DNA of 60,897 bases, counting the filler, from Gonapodya sp. JEL0774 (taxonomy: Eukaryota), in the NCBI GenBank assembly GCA_027604505.1. It is 7 parts of 7 records of this genome, joined end to end, with 100 filler letters (N's around TTAATTAATTAA, not from the genome) between each part and the next. Parts side by side here need not be neighbours in the genome. Positions count along the whole stretch, not along the records: positions 1 to 8,679 come from JADIIX010000441.1; positions 8,780 to 17,408 come from JADIIX010000442.1; 5 more parts are not named here. One strand, given 5' to 3'. The notes beneath the pieces were generated by a model, which was not told the DNA's origin, made no database searches, and worked only from the letters and a program-made list of their open reading frames with translations. Positions 1-12,538 of this stretch are shown piece by piece. Position 1 is the first letter of the stretch. Each line of letters opens with the position of its first letter. The position numbers and the translations under genes were made by a program.

Positions 1-3000
1 TCTTGTGGCTGACCGACAGGTTCTTCATCCAATTTCACTGGTCCAAGCGTGATCGAGATTGTTGGCACATCCTGATCGTCCTCTTCCGGGTCGAGGTCAG
101 AGGTGAGGTTACCGCGCGAGCTGTTTACGTTCGTAGCCCCTCCACTCTCCGCGTGCATCGAGTTGTTGTCGATGCTTTTGTTTCGCAAGACGGCGAGACC
201 GCCAGGAACGGCAAGGTTCCCGCGTGAGCCTGAAGCTTCCGAAAGACTTTGGTGGCTACCGGAGACCGTTCCGCCCCCAATATGAATTTGAGCAATAGCA
301 GATTTATCGCCGCCCAATGCTACAACGAGCTTGTCTCGAGAGTTGGAGTTCGACCGGAGACCCGTGGACGTCGTCTCATTTTTCTCCAAGGAGTCGGCAG
401 ATGTAGATGATGCTTCCACCGGCACCAAAGCAGCCGCTACCGATTCAGATGCTTTGAATGTGGGAAGAGGAGGCTTACCCGATGCGAAACTCTCTCCCAC
501 GACAGAAGGTGTGTCGGTACGTTCCGCTTCGACAGTTCGGGGATCCTGCTTGGTCTGTTGACTATTACTCTCCAAAGACTCTTTGGATTTGCCAATGGAG
601 TGCGCGCTTGGGTTTTTCTTTAGACTCGCGTTGCGGAACAGTTTGAGTGGGTTGAAACCGCTGCCTTTCTTAGAATCCTTCCGATCCACGTTGGACGACG
701 AAAGCTCCGATTTGGAGTGCGACTTCTGCAATTGCGCTACCAATGGCGTTTCATGAGGTGAACTGATAGTTTCGCCGGCGGTAGAAGACGGAACTCTCCC
801 ATGTGAGAGGAGTTTCTCCGAGCTGGCTGCTGGAGCTTGCTGACCGTATTCCTTCGATGCAGCCTGAGCTGCAGTGAGTTCTTGGGCCAATGATGCTGTG
901 ATTTTCTTACTCTCTTCCAGTTGACTTTCTAGTTCAGCTACTCTCTTCCACGCGCTGTCACTGAGACCGAGTTGCGCCGTTTGAGAGTCACGGGCCGCCG
1001 TTAGTTCCTTTTGCAATTGAGAGATAGTCCGACGAGATTCCGAAATTTCTGCTTCAAGAGCTTTGTTCTTTCCTGCAAGTGTCGCGATTTTACCCTCGGC
1101 AAGGGCAAGTTCACCTTTTATAGTCGCTAACTGGATTTTTGCCTCCGAGCTTGCCAAGTTTTCTTCCATCTCCGATGCGAGTTGAGCGGAAAGTGTGGTG
1201 ATTTCCTTAGAGCGCTTGTCGAGCGTTAAAGTCATGGATTGGATCTCTGCACGAGCTTGTTCCAGTTCGGCTGTGAGACGATCCGTCTCGTTCTGAGATG
1301 TGATCAGTGATTCTTCAACCTAAAAGACGTTTGGTAACAGTAATTTTTAACATCCATTCATGTCTTGCAGAAACTGCGGTTGCGACGCTTGAATACCCAC
1401 GTTGGGAGGAGTCTCGAGTACTCTCTTTTCCCTCTCTATGCTCTCCTTCAAGTCCAACAGGTCGTTTTCTGCGCTTCTACGCGCCATCTCAGCTTCGGTG
1501 AGACGGAGTTGGTAGTCTTGCCCAGCATCCGCGAGCGTCCGAACCTTTTCAAACGAAGTTATGAAGAAGCTCTCTGTTAGAGGAGCAGAAGAAGCACAAA
1601 CTGACCTCTTCGGCGAGCTGCTCTGTCCTCAGTTCTGCACTTGCAAGGACACATCGCAGGTTCGCGAGGTCAGCCAACAACTCATTGTCGTATTTCTCGA
1701 ACCAGTCGTTCATCTCCGTGGCTTCCTTCGCCTCTTGTCCAATTTCGCCCTGCGACTCAACAAACAACTCGTCGACCGAAGGCGGCCTCGCCGACTCGAG
1801 CCTGTTGTACGCGTCCTGTAGCTGTGCTTCCAACGTCTTGCGCTCCCTTTCCTCGACTTCGAGCTTCCGCTGTAAACCGGTAACCCTACTCTGCAACTCA
1901 ACCGTCGAGTCATTCTTCTCCCGATCACGTTGGCTCTCCCTCTCGAGGTTGGTGTACGCATCCCTCAACTGTTGCACCTCTTCCTCCAACTTCATACCCG
2001 CCGCTCGCTCCTCTTCGAGTGATTTCTGCATTGCTCCAATTTCCGTTTCGAGTTGGCGTTTCTCCGTCGCCGCCTTGTCTGCCTGCCGTTGCGCGAGCTC
2101 GAGCGTTCCCACAAGCTTCTTGCGCTCCCGGTCCACGCGATCAAGGTCTGCGGAGAGTTTGGCGAGCTGGGACTCGGAGGCGAGGAGAGCAGGGGATGCC
2201 TGATCTGCCTGAGTTGTCGTCGGCGAGGTAGTGGTGGATCCGGCCGAGGGTGAGTCTGATAACTCGCGCTCTTTTCTCAAGTCGAGGAGCTCCCTTACAG
2301 CACCGCGTGCTGCAACTTCCGCCACAGCCAGGCGAACTTTCAACTCCTCGAGCTCTCCGGAGGCCATTCCAGAAGAACGGAGCTGAGCGATACTGGCATC
2401 TCTGGCTGCAAGTTTAGCCTCGAGTTGACGAACGACGTGTTCAAGTTCTCGGGCGGACATGCTGCTACTTTCGCCATTGGTTGTGATGACAAGTGGTGAA
2501 GTAACGACCGAGGACTTGCGGGACCTGGACCGCGCGACCTCCACGACTTCGGCTCGGTCTGATTCCAGCGCCTGTACTCTGGCACGCATGGAATTCCGTT
2601 CGGCCTCGAGTTGCTCCACTTGTCTGGTGAGTTCAGACACACGCAGTGTTGAGACGGATTTCTCCGCCACGATCTGGGCGAGCTTTGCATTCTCGGCTTC
2701 GAGTTGGACAATTCGCTCCTGCATGTGCTGATCAGACCCCGCAGAAGTGGATCGGCCTCGATTACTTTGCAGTTGAGCACGAGCGAGTTGCGCGCGTGCT
2801 TCGTCGCGGTCCTTGATGGCTTGGGCAAACTCTTCGGGGTTGACGCCAGGGGAGGAACGAAGGAGAGACAGCTGGTTTGTGCGGTCTGCGAGGTCAGCGG
2901 TGAGAGTGTCGATACGTGCTTTGGATTTGGACTTCAGCAGTGGTAACACGGAGGAGGGCATTGGTGGAGATTCGACAAGGTCAGCAACGATCAATAAGAC

Positions 3001-3734
3001 ACAAGGAGTACAGAAATTTCGTTTGATCATCGGTGGAAATGTTTCCGCGATTTCTTTTGCGATAAGAAATTCGATATCGTGCATTGTCGACCCGCAGTAT
3101 CGCACATTGACAGTCCCAAAACCGCAATCCACTTGAACTTACTTTTATTCTCTCAAGCATATCAACAAGCTCATTGTTCTTGGCTAGAGCTTCGTGGAGG
3201 CGAGTGACTTCTCCAACGCGGGAAGATGCAGAGATTGGCTCCGAGGAGAGAGGCTGCAGCAGTAGGGTTCAGAGGAGGACGAGGGATCGGTAAGGTGCAA
3301 GACGTCGTTTGGAAGGTTCCATCTCTTATAGTTGTCCATAGCTTCGACCAAACGGACACCCCTTGTGGTGCAGCTTCGTCTCCTCTTCCTGGGATCCTCA
3401 ATGAAAAACTCACCTTGACAGTAAATTCATCCCAGTTGATGTTCGAATCAAGTCTTTGTAGGTTTGTCTTCTTCTTTCCCTCCGACCATGTACTCTGCCT
3501 CGACAATCCTGGTCGAATGAGGTCCTTCGAAGTCTGGTTGCCCGATCCGGCGAGAAGGCTCGATGTGGCCGATCTGACCTTCTCGGACTCGGAGGTTTTG
3601 CGACTGAGAGGCGGTTGTTGCACCGTGGAGAGTTGTGCGCTGAGTGAGGTGGAGTCGGAAAGAGCTACCACCGGCTTGAGCAGAGATGGAGTTGGTGGCG
3701 ACACGATTGTCGATGGACTCTCAGATGAATCCAT
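1..3734 (-). CDS. Large coiled-coil protein of unknown function, multi-exon, 3' end cut by window/contig start
   Basis: ATG at 3734 (MDSSESPST...). Donor GTGAGT after DEFTVK. 527-aa ORF 1549-3132 is rich in E/L/A/R/Q heptads. After a short intron near 1550-1605 a minus-strand coiled-coil-like frame appears to continue toward position 1. Confidence 0.7.
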
Positions 3735-4257
3735 TTCGTCTTTTTGATGCCGTCCCTGGCTTGATCGCTGGTTTTTGGATGATCAGATAAGGTTTGACAG
3801 ACTGGTTCAAGTTGAAGTCTCGAGGAGTGAGGATATCACAAGGACTAAGAAACCCGTATGATAGACGATCTCCGAATTTGGATTCCGATGGTAGTGTTCA
3901 CAAACTAGATCGATGGCAGTAAATTCCGACGTTTTGGTGAATTTCTGGATGATCGACGCTTTGCCTTCGCTGAGCTGCCTTCGCTGGCCCTCCGACAAAC
4001 GCTCGCTCTGCCACGCGCGCAGTCAAGGGGGGTCCAACCAAATTTATCAATACAATCAGTACATTTCTACTGGACGCTTGGACTTCGATCTGATGGGTGA
4101 AATTCACTGAAGGCCGGACCGTGTTCGCATGTACAACTGGCAGTACACTAAACAACAAAGCGCATACGCGCTGAGGCGCACGAGATCTGCGCGAGAAATA
4201 ATCGAAGTAACAAGTTACCAGACAGATACTAACAATAAGAAGAGAGTCGGTGCATTG

Positions 4258-6668
4258 TCATGCTCGTCCCGACCACTTGCCACCAGCCACCACAGCACCA
4301 CCAACTACAGCTGCCGCAACCGCCGCATACGTCCACACGCTCCATGGCCCCTGTGTCACAACCACCTCCTTCCCGTCCCGTCCGACCAGGTTGAAATCCC
4401 GGAGGTCAACCGAGCGAAGATCTAAATACAGCGATGTCGCGCTGTACGGGTACATAGTGGAGATCTTGCCATCTGTACGGCCGGTGGGATTGTACTGGAT
4501 GATGGTCAGATCACAGTACAGTATGAGAAACAACTCCCGACTGGATTGAGAAAAGCAAATACGAACCCAGCTCGTCCCCGAACCCCCACACCACACCGTC
4601 TTCTGCAAATCTTTCCATATCCGTTGCGTGAACTCAATTTGCTTCTCTTCTTTGGGGTCCACAACTTTCAGGTTCCGCCGAATGCACTCCTTGATGACCG
4701 CAAGCGCGTAGTCCACTTGAACTTCAATCATGTACACGGCGGAGATGTGACCGATCCCAGAATTGGGTCCGAGGCTCATGAAGAAGCTGGGGAAAGTGTG
4801 GATCCCTTTTATTTGCCAAAGTTCCCTGTAGTCTTGTCGAGAGTACCACAGAGACTCACTTTGGGAAACCGCTCGTCATTGCCGTCTTGTATGTCATGGC
4901 CAGATCTTTTTCTCCCGTGAGCTGGAACCACTTATCTCCACGTTCTATGCCTCCACGGCCGTAGATTTTGACTGGAGAAGCCCCAAAGGAGACTTCGAAC
5001 CCTGAAAGGAGAAGGAGCAGTTTTCAACCCGCTGTCCATTACTATGTGCACATGTCTCGAGCAACTGATTCACACTCACCGGTAGCAGCAATAATCACAT
5101 CGTGATTCCGGTGTTTCTTCTGCGGTCCTACCTCATGGCCGTTTCCCTGCCCATTCGCCACACCATTCACGGCACCCTTCTTGCTCTCCGTCCATATCCC
5201 CTTCTCATCCACTTCCACGATGGCCTCGTCGTACACCAACTCCACGTTCGGCCTCTGCAGATCCTTGAGGTATGTCACCTGCGGTAAGATCCTCTTGGTT
5301 CCCACGTCGTAACTTGGAGTCAGCGCCTTCCGCAGCCGCTCGTCCGCTATTTCTTTTTTGTAGTAGTTGAGAATCATTCGGGAGACGAAACGGTTCATGA
5401 AGCTTCCAGTGAGGAGGAAGGGGAAGCTCAGGTCTGCCGAGAGGAATATGAGGATGCGGTAGAAGAGTGTGAGACCGGGTACATGACGGAAGAGGAATTT
5501 GGTGAGCCACGAGAACCGGCGCATGTCTTTGGGTGGGTGATAGCCGGGGGTTCGCTGGATTTGTTGGTCTTAGGTGAGACGAGACTACAACAGCAAGCGC
5601 GATAGCATTTGCGATAGGTTCATGCCAACACAACATACCTGATATACTGTCAACTTCCCCACCGAAGGAGCAATCGTCTCCACAATCTGCACCCCACTCG
5701 CACCAGTTCCAATCACCGCAACATCTTTTCCTGCAACATCTACGTCTTTCTTGGGCCAATTGCCCGAGTGAGCAATCACGCCAGAAAATCTTTCCCAGCC
5801 GGGGTAGGAGGGGAGTTTAGGGTAGTGGAGACCGCCACCGCCAAAGACGAGGAAGTGGTGGCGAGAAGTTGTCCGTGTGGGTGCATGTGGTGGGGTGTTG
5901 ACTGTATCGTGAACCAAGAAGTGCTGTACAGCGGGAGTTCGGCAACATGTTTTGGCAAATGTAGCAACCGGCCAACGCCGTTGTCCACCAGTTTGTAATG
6001 TACTTACGAGCTCCCACATCCCTTGCTCCTCCAACCATCTAGCCTCCACCAGCTGATGCCCGAATCGAATGCGTTCAAGTAAGTTGTATTTTTTGGCCAC
6101 GTTCTCGCAGTAGCGTTGAATTTCGTCGCCGGGAGAGTGAGTCGTTGACCAGTCTAGTAGTCACACGTGCAAGTGGAACTTGTTCCCGTTAGAGCTTTAT
6201 CCCGACAGATTTAAGACTCTGAAGCGAGCCACGAATTGTGAAAACTGACCAGGATTTCTCTCGAAGGAGAAGGAATACAAGTGTGATGGGACATCACAAG
6301 CAACGCCTGCATTCGAGGTACATTCGTATTACACTCTTGTGAGCACTATAGTTCAACAAGCCCACGACCCCGAGAACGCATTGGCACTTACCTGGATATC
6401 TGTTAACCCACCACGTCCCACCCACTCCGGTTTCCTTTTCGTAGATGGTGAAGTTGCGAGACTTGAGTTGCTTCTGTGCTTGGACACCAACGACGATACC
6501 CGACATTCTAGAAGATCACAAGGAAGGACATTATTCATTCGTTTACCCAAATAAAAGGATGAACATTTGACAGAGTTCATCCCGATTCTCAATCGTTAGG
6601 AACACGCCGAGAACGCACCCAGCACCTATGACCCCGATGCTCGGATCAAACTTGGCGGCTTTGGACAT
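4258..6668 (-). CDS. Flavin-dependent monooxygenase (Baeyer-Villiger/FMO family), multi-exon, C-terminal membrane anchor
   Basis: Exons give IGVIGAG-MSG (FAD Rossmann), GGTWWVNRYPG, CDVPSHLYSFS, the BVMO fingerprint FSGVIAHSGNWP, VIGTGASG (NADP), KRIL, DVIIAATG and GPNS. Confidence 0.93.
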
Positions 6669-6991
6669 CGTCAGCGGTGCTTCCAGGAGTATTAGAAGCG
6701 TTTAGAAACAACCAAAGCATTGTCAGCGTTGGGTTCCCATTTATTGGAAGGTCTCCCGACGGCAACCGTGTAAATGCACTTTTGGCGGCGCGCCGAAACA
6801 CATAATCACATCGGGAGACGGGTACGTACAGGGCGCCACGGCCTGAAGTCATCCCCGCCCAAGGCTGCACCGCCCAAACCTGTCTCCTCCACAGACCATA
6901 TAAACTAGCAGTCTGAAATGTACGGAAGCATAGAAAAATAGAAATTTACGTCTCAACTCACTCAATGCATCTATTACAGTGCCAATGCATC

Positions 6992-7075
6992 CATAACAGA
7001 GTGTGCCGCAGCAGACACTTGTGCATGAGTACACATAACAGGGTGAGCCGCAGCAAATACTTGTGCATGAGTGCA
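6992..7075. repeat. Two-copy 42-bp tandem repeat
   Basis: cataacagagtgtgccgcagcagacacttgtgcatgagtaca is followed by cataacagggtgagccgcagcaaatacttgtgcatgagtgca. Confidence 0.8.
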
Positions 7076-7267
7076 CTAGAGTGGAAATACATCCCAGTTT
7101 CACATCAAACGGCCCACACTCAACCCTCCCCAATTAACCAAACCCCTATTTTGCTCAGAAATTGCAGTTAAGCTCGGAATTAACTCACAGCAGTATTTCT
7201 TTGACGGTACCAGACAGATTTTGTCCCCCGTGCATGTTCGTTGATCGGCCCCCCGGCGCCTCAGTCG

Positions 7268-8133
7268 GACCGTCTACACTTTTATTGTGGAATCTGGTAT
7301 CTGGAATTTTGAATGAGACACTCAAATAATAGAAACACATTCTGAAAATTTGAATCTGATCTTCAAGTGGTACCGGTCCACCGCAACTTGATCACAAGTG
7401 AATGTGTGGAACTACGTCACATAGGGATGGAATCGGTCACTGGTACATACGGCACGACAAGCCAGCACCTCCAAATAGTACAAATGGCCAATCGTTGTAT
7501 GAATCGGTCGAGACCAAATGCGTTGCTGGGCAGACTCATAATGGATGTATTTTCGCGAGCGGTTGTTGCAGTTTGAATATATCCCTGCATTTCCCGCTCT
7601 GTTTTCGTCCGACCGCTCTTTTCAATGCCCGTGAATGAAGGACCTTACCAGGGATTTCAATGAATTTCTCTCAGTAAAGCTTTGACTTTGAATCTCTTCA
7701 CAAACAAGAGCAGCAGGTCAAAAGTTCCCCGATTCAGCAAAGGCCCCTTGCCGAAATCCATTTGCGGTGTTGGTGACGATCTTTCCTGAATCAGGATGCC
7801 ATATTTGAGTCGCTGATTCACTGCCGTTTGGCTGTGGTCAACTCTGATTCATCTCTCAAACACTTTTTCTTCGGCGCGGTTATAGTGAATACCATTACAT
7901 CCATGAAACAGTGAAACATACTGATTATTGTGTGAGCCCGGGCGAGTGTGGTGGTAGCTTTACTTTGGGTGTCACCCACTGAACGCCACAGACAATGACC
8001 GCACGCAGTCAACATTAGCAGGGAACCCAGTCAGCTTGTGTTTCACTGAGTTGAAACCTTATCATGGTATAAATGATTGCGTCTTTCCGAGTTCCAGATT
8101 CCAGATTCCAATCGATAGTATGTTTAGACGATC
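7268..8133. mobile_element. Possible degenerate non-autonomous DNA transposon (MITE-like) with imperfect ~50-bp terminal inverted repeats
   Basis: Left end gaccgtctacacttttattgtggaatctggtatctggaa resembles the reverse complement of the right end, gatcgtctaaacatactatcgattggaatctggaatctggaa. No recognisable transposase or TSD. Confidence 0.35.
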
Positions 8134-8400
8134 GCGAGAATTCCGTGCGACGTGCTCGTCGCTTGTCGCCCGGACAACGGGGCAGTACGCACTAATGAGG
8201 GGCTAGAAAGGGATTTTATGGAGGGAGAGAGAGGAATAGAGTGTCGGAGAGAGGTTCACTCCAACCTCTAGCTTCTTTAATGTTCAGCGTCCAATATATA
8301 TCCCGTATACGTGCTCAGGTGCACGAGATCTATGTGAGAAATAATCGAACTAACAAGTTACCAGACAGATACAATCAATAACGAGAGAGTTGGTGCATTG

Positions 8401-8679
8401 TCATGCTCGTCCCGACCACTTCGCACCAGCCACCACTGCCCCACCAACTACGGCTGCCGCAACCGCCGCATACGTCCACACGCTCCATGGCCCCTGTGTC
8501 ACAACCACCTCTTTCCCGTCCCGTCCGACAAGGTTGAAATCCCGGAGGTCAACGGAGCGAAGATCTAAATACAGCGATGTCGCGTTGTAAGGGTACATAG
8601 TGGAGATCTTGCCATCTGTACGGCCGGTGGGATTGTACTGGATGATGGTCAGATCACAGTACAGTATGAGAAACAACTC
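8401..8679 (-). CDS. 3' end (last exon) of a second, near-identical BVMO paralog, truncated by contig end
   Basis: 8300-8679 nearly duplicates 4165-4539, including the last intron end, the last exon (YNPTGRTDGKISTMYPY...KWSGRA) and the 3'UTR. Confidence 0.85.
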   Translation of the reverse strand, partial: ELFLILYCDLTIIQYNPTGRTDGKISTMYPYNATSLYLDLRSVDLRDFNLVGRDGKEVVVTQGPWSVWTYAAVAAAVVGGAVVAGAKWSGRA

Positions 8680-8779
8680 NNNNNNNNNNNNNNNNNNNNN
8701 NNNNNNNNNNNNNNNNNNNNNNNTTAATTAATTAANNNNNNNNNNNNNNNNNNNNNNNNNNNNNNNNNNNNNNNNNNNN
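8680..8779. other. Artificial contig spacer
   Basis: 44 N + TTAATTAATTAA (stops in all six frames) + 44 N. Confidence 0.99.
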
Positions 8780-9311
8780 TCCCTCCTCGAAAGCTACCTC
8801 CACCACCTCGTCTACACCGCCATCTCGCTCCACGTCATCTACCACGGCTTGCCCTGTCTCTGGTTCCCCTATGGCCTCCTCGAGCTCCCCATGGTAGTCA
8901 TGGGGCTGGGCCAGCTGCACCCGGGGTGGCGAACCGACACGGGGTACGGTATCTCGTACGCAGCGACGAGGATCGTAATGCATGTGTGGGTCGGGTGGAG
9001 TTTGTGGGCCGAGTGTGGGAGGGATGTAGCGGGGCAACGTGGGTATATTATGAAGGATCGATCGCCAGTGAAGGAGGCAGGTGCTGATGTATACTCGGAC
9101 TGTCCACTCGCACACCACTCCCTCCTCCCTCCCCCATCCACCGGGACACACTCATGACCTCCCCTTGCCCTCCCTTGCCCTCCCTTGCCCTCCCTTGCCC
9201 TCCCTTGCCCCAGTCTGGCTTCTCCCGGTCCTCACGTTTCCCCTCCACGCCTATTGGTTCACGAAATGGGTCGTGTCATACACGAGGCGGGGGCGGATGG
9301 GGGCGAAATAA
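8780..9311 (+). CDS. 3' part of a TLC (TRAM/LAG1/CLN8) domain membrane protein, 5' truncated
   Basis: Reads LLESYLHHLVY...LLELPMVV...YAATRIVMH, with last exon FPLHAYWFTKW. The HH, E-P, R and H-x-x-WF pattern is typical of TLC domains. Confidence 0.6.
9161..9210. repeat. 10-bp minisatellite (tcccttgccc)x5
   Basis: Direct tandem copies are visible. Confidence 0.85.
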
Positions 9312-9848
9312 GGGTCCGGGCGAAGTGAAGGGAGACGGGGAGGTGCTCTGGTTACCAGGAGTTGAGTACATAGTTGAGTCGTATTGCTTCAGGCTGCAGG
9401 CGCCCAACGTGTACTCTGCAAACGGAAGTGTCGTCGTTCGGCGTACTTCAGACAGTACTTAATTTGAGATTACAAGCTCGAATCTCGACGATCCCACAAC
9501 GTGCGGTGAAACGGGCCGACACACCCCAACTTTGCGTGCTTTTAACTTTGTCAAGAAGAGGCACTCGAGACCACAAAGTTCATCTCACTGCGTCGATTCA
9601 GGTTGCGGATCGTATCTGAAGGAGTCCAAGGAAGAGCTGGATGAGGAATGCTGTCACACAGATACTATTCAGTCCTTGGCATGTGTAGAAATTTTATACA
9701 GCCGAAGAATGAATGGTGTTGGGGCATCCGCACACCGGCGGTTGCCTGGCGACGATCAGCGAATGCACTCTTCGCACCGACGCCGCCAGTCATGACCCTG
9801 CTCAGATGATCCAACCACACCTCCTCATAGCCCCGACTCCACAGAAAC

Positions 9849-12452
9849 TTGATGGTGGATGCGATCGATCGAAATACAGATTCGTTCGACAACGCTGGCC
9901 GCACCAACCGGCAGCTGCAACGTCCTCTACCGCTCCGCAACGACATGTCGGTGAGCGACGGCACTCCAAACAAGGAGAAGCCTCCAGAGAGTCCACCCAG
10001 CAAGCCCGCGCCGTTTACTCTGCGAACGTTGATTGTGATTTTGGTCGTATTCAAGTTCGTAGGCAGTTTGCTCTTGCCCTTCGTCAGGGAATTGAATCGC
10101 TCGACGACGCACTGATTTTCTCATCTACCGGGTCGCGGGGCCTGAATTCACCAATGATAACTTTCACATGATCATCGTACGACAGTGTCTTTTCGGTGGC
10201 GATCGTGACCGTTTGGCTGGGTATCGACACGAACCAACGGTCCATTTCGAGATCAGCAGATGCAGGTACATGATATCTCGGCTTATTTGGGTTCAGGTTT
10301 CCGCATCGCTGACGATGAGTTCTTAAAATAATCACAATTCAAGCGTTTGAGGGAATCGCCTCGCTTGGTCGTGCTCGTCTGGTGGATGCAGGCGAGAAGA
10401 TTTCCAATGCCCTCGGTAAGTTCATTTGCTTGGTGTCGCGGAATTCTTTTACTCTGACGAGTGGGCTTTATCACCATAGAATCTTATCTCTTCCAGGTAG
10501 GTGGTGGCGTGTGAACTCGTGCTTGTCCTCTAATAACTTGCCCATCACCGCTACGCCGTGAATCCAGATTTTCTCCGCACAAAAGAGTATCGTTCAAGTA
10601 ACAGAGAGTGGGCTCGTTGATGTCAGTGACTGGGAGTGAGTTGCGATGCGCTTTTTGCACCCGAACGTGACCAACCGAGTAGGAATCTCTGAAGCTTTGT
10701 TTTTCAAAAAACACCAGCCGTCTGGTGCCATATGTCAATAGTACTATCCGCGACTACGAGCTGTGGAGTGAGTGGACTTTCTCAATTTCAATAAATGTTC
10801 TCCCCCGATCACCTACTCGTAATGATAAACTCACATGTTTTTGGCCCTACTAGGGACAATTGGATTCGCAGGATTCATAGGTGACCCCACCAACACTCAA
10901 TACAGCTCGTTTGCGCTTACCACCGACGAGTATCTCGGTGGAACTGGGACAGGCACTACAATCTTTCTGAGATACTGGAACATGTCGTGTCATCGGTTTT
11001 GTCCAGTTTTGAGCACACAGGGATACGTATCGTTTTACTTATGGGATTCAGTCACTCTCGATATCAAAAGCAAAGCGTTCGATGTACAGAGCCCGCCGTA
11101 TCCTGATTCTTTGGTGCCGCATCCACGAGGCACCGCAAAGATATCGGACCCGATGATCACACCAACAGGATCGTTTTTCCAAGGAATGACGTTGAGCATA
11201 TACAATTCGACAGGAGGTTTTATAGCATCGAGTTTCTGGACCTTCACCCTTCAAAATCTGTGTTCGGTTTTGGATACGGTCCAAACGAATCTGACACCTG
11301 GGACGTTGTTGTACATCGTGATCCCTGCCAATGGGGGCCAAGTGATTGCAATTTCTGGACTTGGCAATTCGACAGCTCAGAAGAAGGTGACCTCGGCAGT
11401 TCTCACGCACTTCCTACTTGTCATTGTATACTGATGGATCCAAAGGCCTTGAGTCAGGTTTCCGCTTCAGGAGTGGTCACGATGCGCTCCATTTTCGACT
11501 TTCCAAAAGGTCAATATCCCCTTTTGAATGAGTCCATTGCCACGGTCTACAACTTTTCAGGGAACGACTTGTCGGTGCCGTTTCCTGACACAAGCTGGCT
11601 TCGTGACGGCTACATGATTCATGTAACCACGCAAACGTTCTTTGACTACCGCTACATTATTGTGGCTGCTGTGTGAGTTTTTTGTCTTGATCTCAGACGC
11701 GTGTATACAGGTTGATGCAAATGTCACTTCATAATCGGGTCCTTCATATCCATGATTTTTAGCCCAGCAAACGATTACCTGGGTGAAACAGAATATCTAG
11801 CTCTCAAACTTCAAGATTACGCAAAGCAATCTGTGCTAATTGTGATCTTCTCAGGCTTGTGTCGTTTGCACTATTCGTTGAGGTACAAAAGGTTGACCTG
11901 TTATGTCAAAATCAACAGCAGCGGCAATAACAATTGGAATGAGCTTTATTTCACTGATATTCACCTGGATCTTTATAGCTTCCCCGCTGCGACGGTGAGT
12001 CTGAATGCTTGATAACACGGGAGTACTCTGCACGCGTCAGAAACCATGTCCTTTCGCTCTGTTCCGACCAAACTGCACCACCAACACAACATTTGTTGTA
12101 ATTTTAGACTTCTCACGGCAATGCAAAAGGCGACCAACTTCGACTTTACTGACATCCAGGTTGGCAACTTCAAGAACGATCTTTCGATTGTGTACGAGGT
12201 TCACAAAACTCAAGAACATTTTCTGCACTTGCTCCACATATTTGCTGATGCACTCAAAGGTGAGTTAGTCAAAGGTACAAAATTTTCGATCCTCTCACTG
12301 CTATTTCGGACTCGAGTAATGCTGATCTTCTGATAACAATAGAAAACGCTGAGCTGAATCGCGGCAACCGATCGTCATATTTCGAACAGCGCACAGTCAG
12401 CAAAAGAGACAGCAACATCGCGTCGTCTCGTGGTCATGAGCGATGACATTAG
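9849..12452 (+). pseudogene. Probable disrupted two-TM membrane sensor-like gene (periplasmic-type domain followed by HAMP-like segment)
   Basis: N-terminal TM appears split between ~10020-10052 (RTLIVILVVF) and 10835 onward (MFLALLGTIGFAG). Later pieces lie in several frames. Second TM is followed by MQKATNFDF...E...FADALK. Frame breaks suggest decay. Confidence 0.4.
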
Positions 12453-12538
12453 CAGGTCCCAGCAGCATCCTCTGGGACTAACTCATCTCGCAATTGCACT
12501 GTGAATTATATATTTATACATAAACACAATTATACTGT

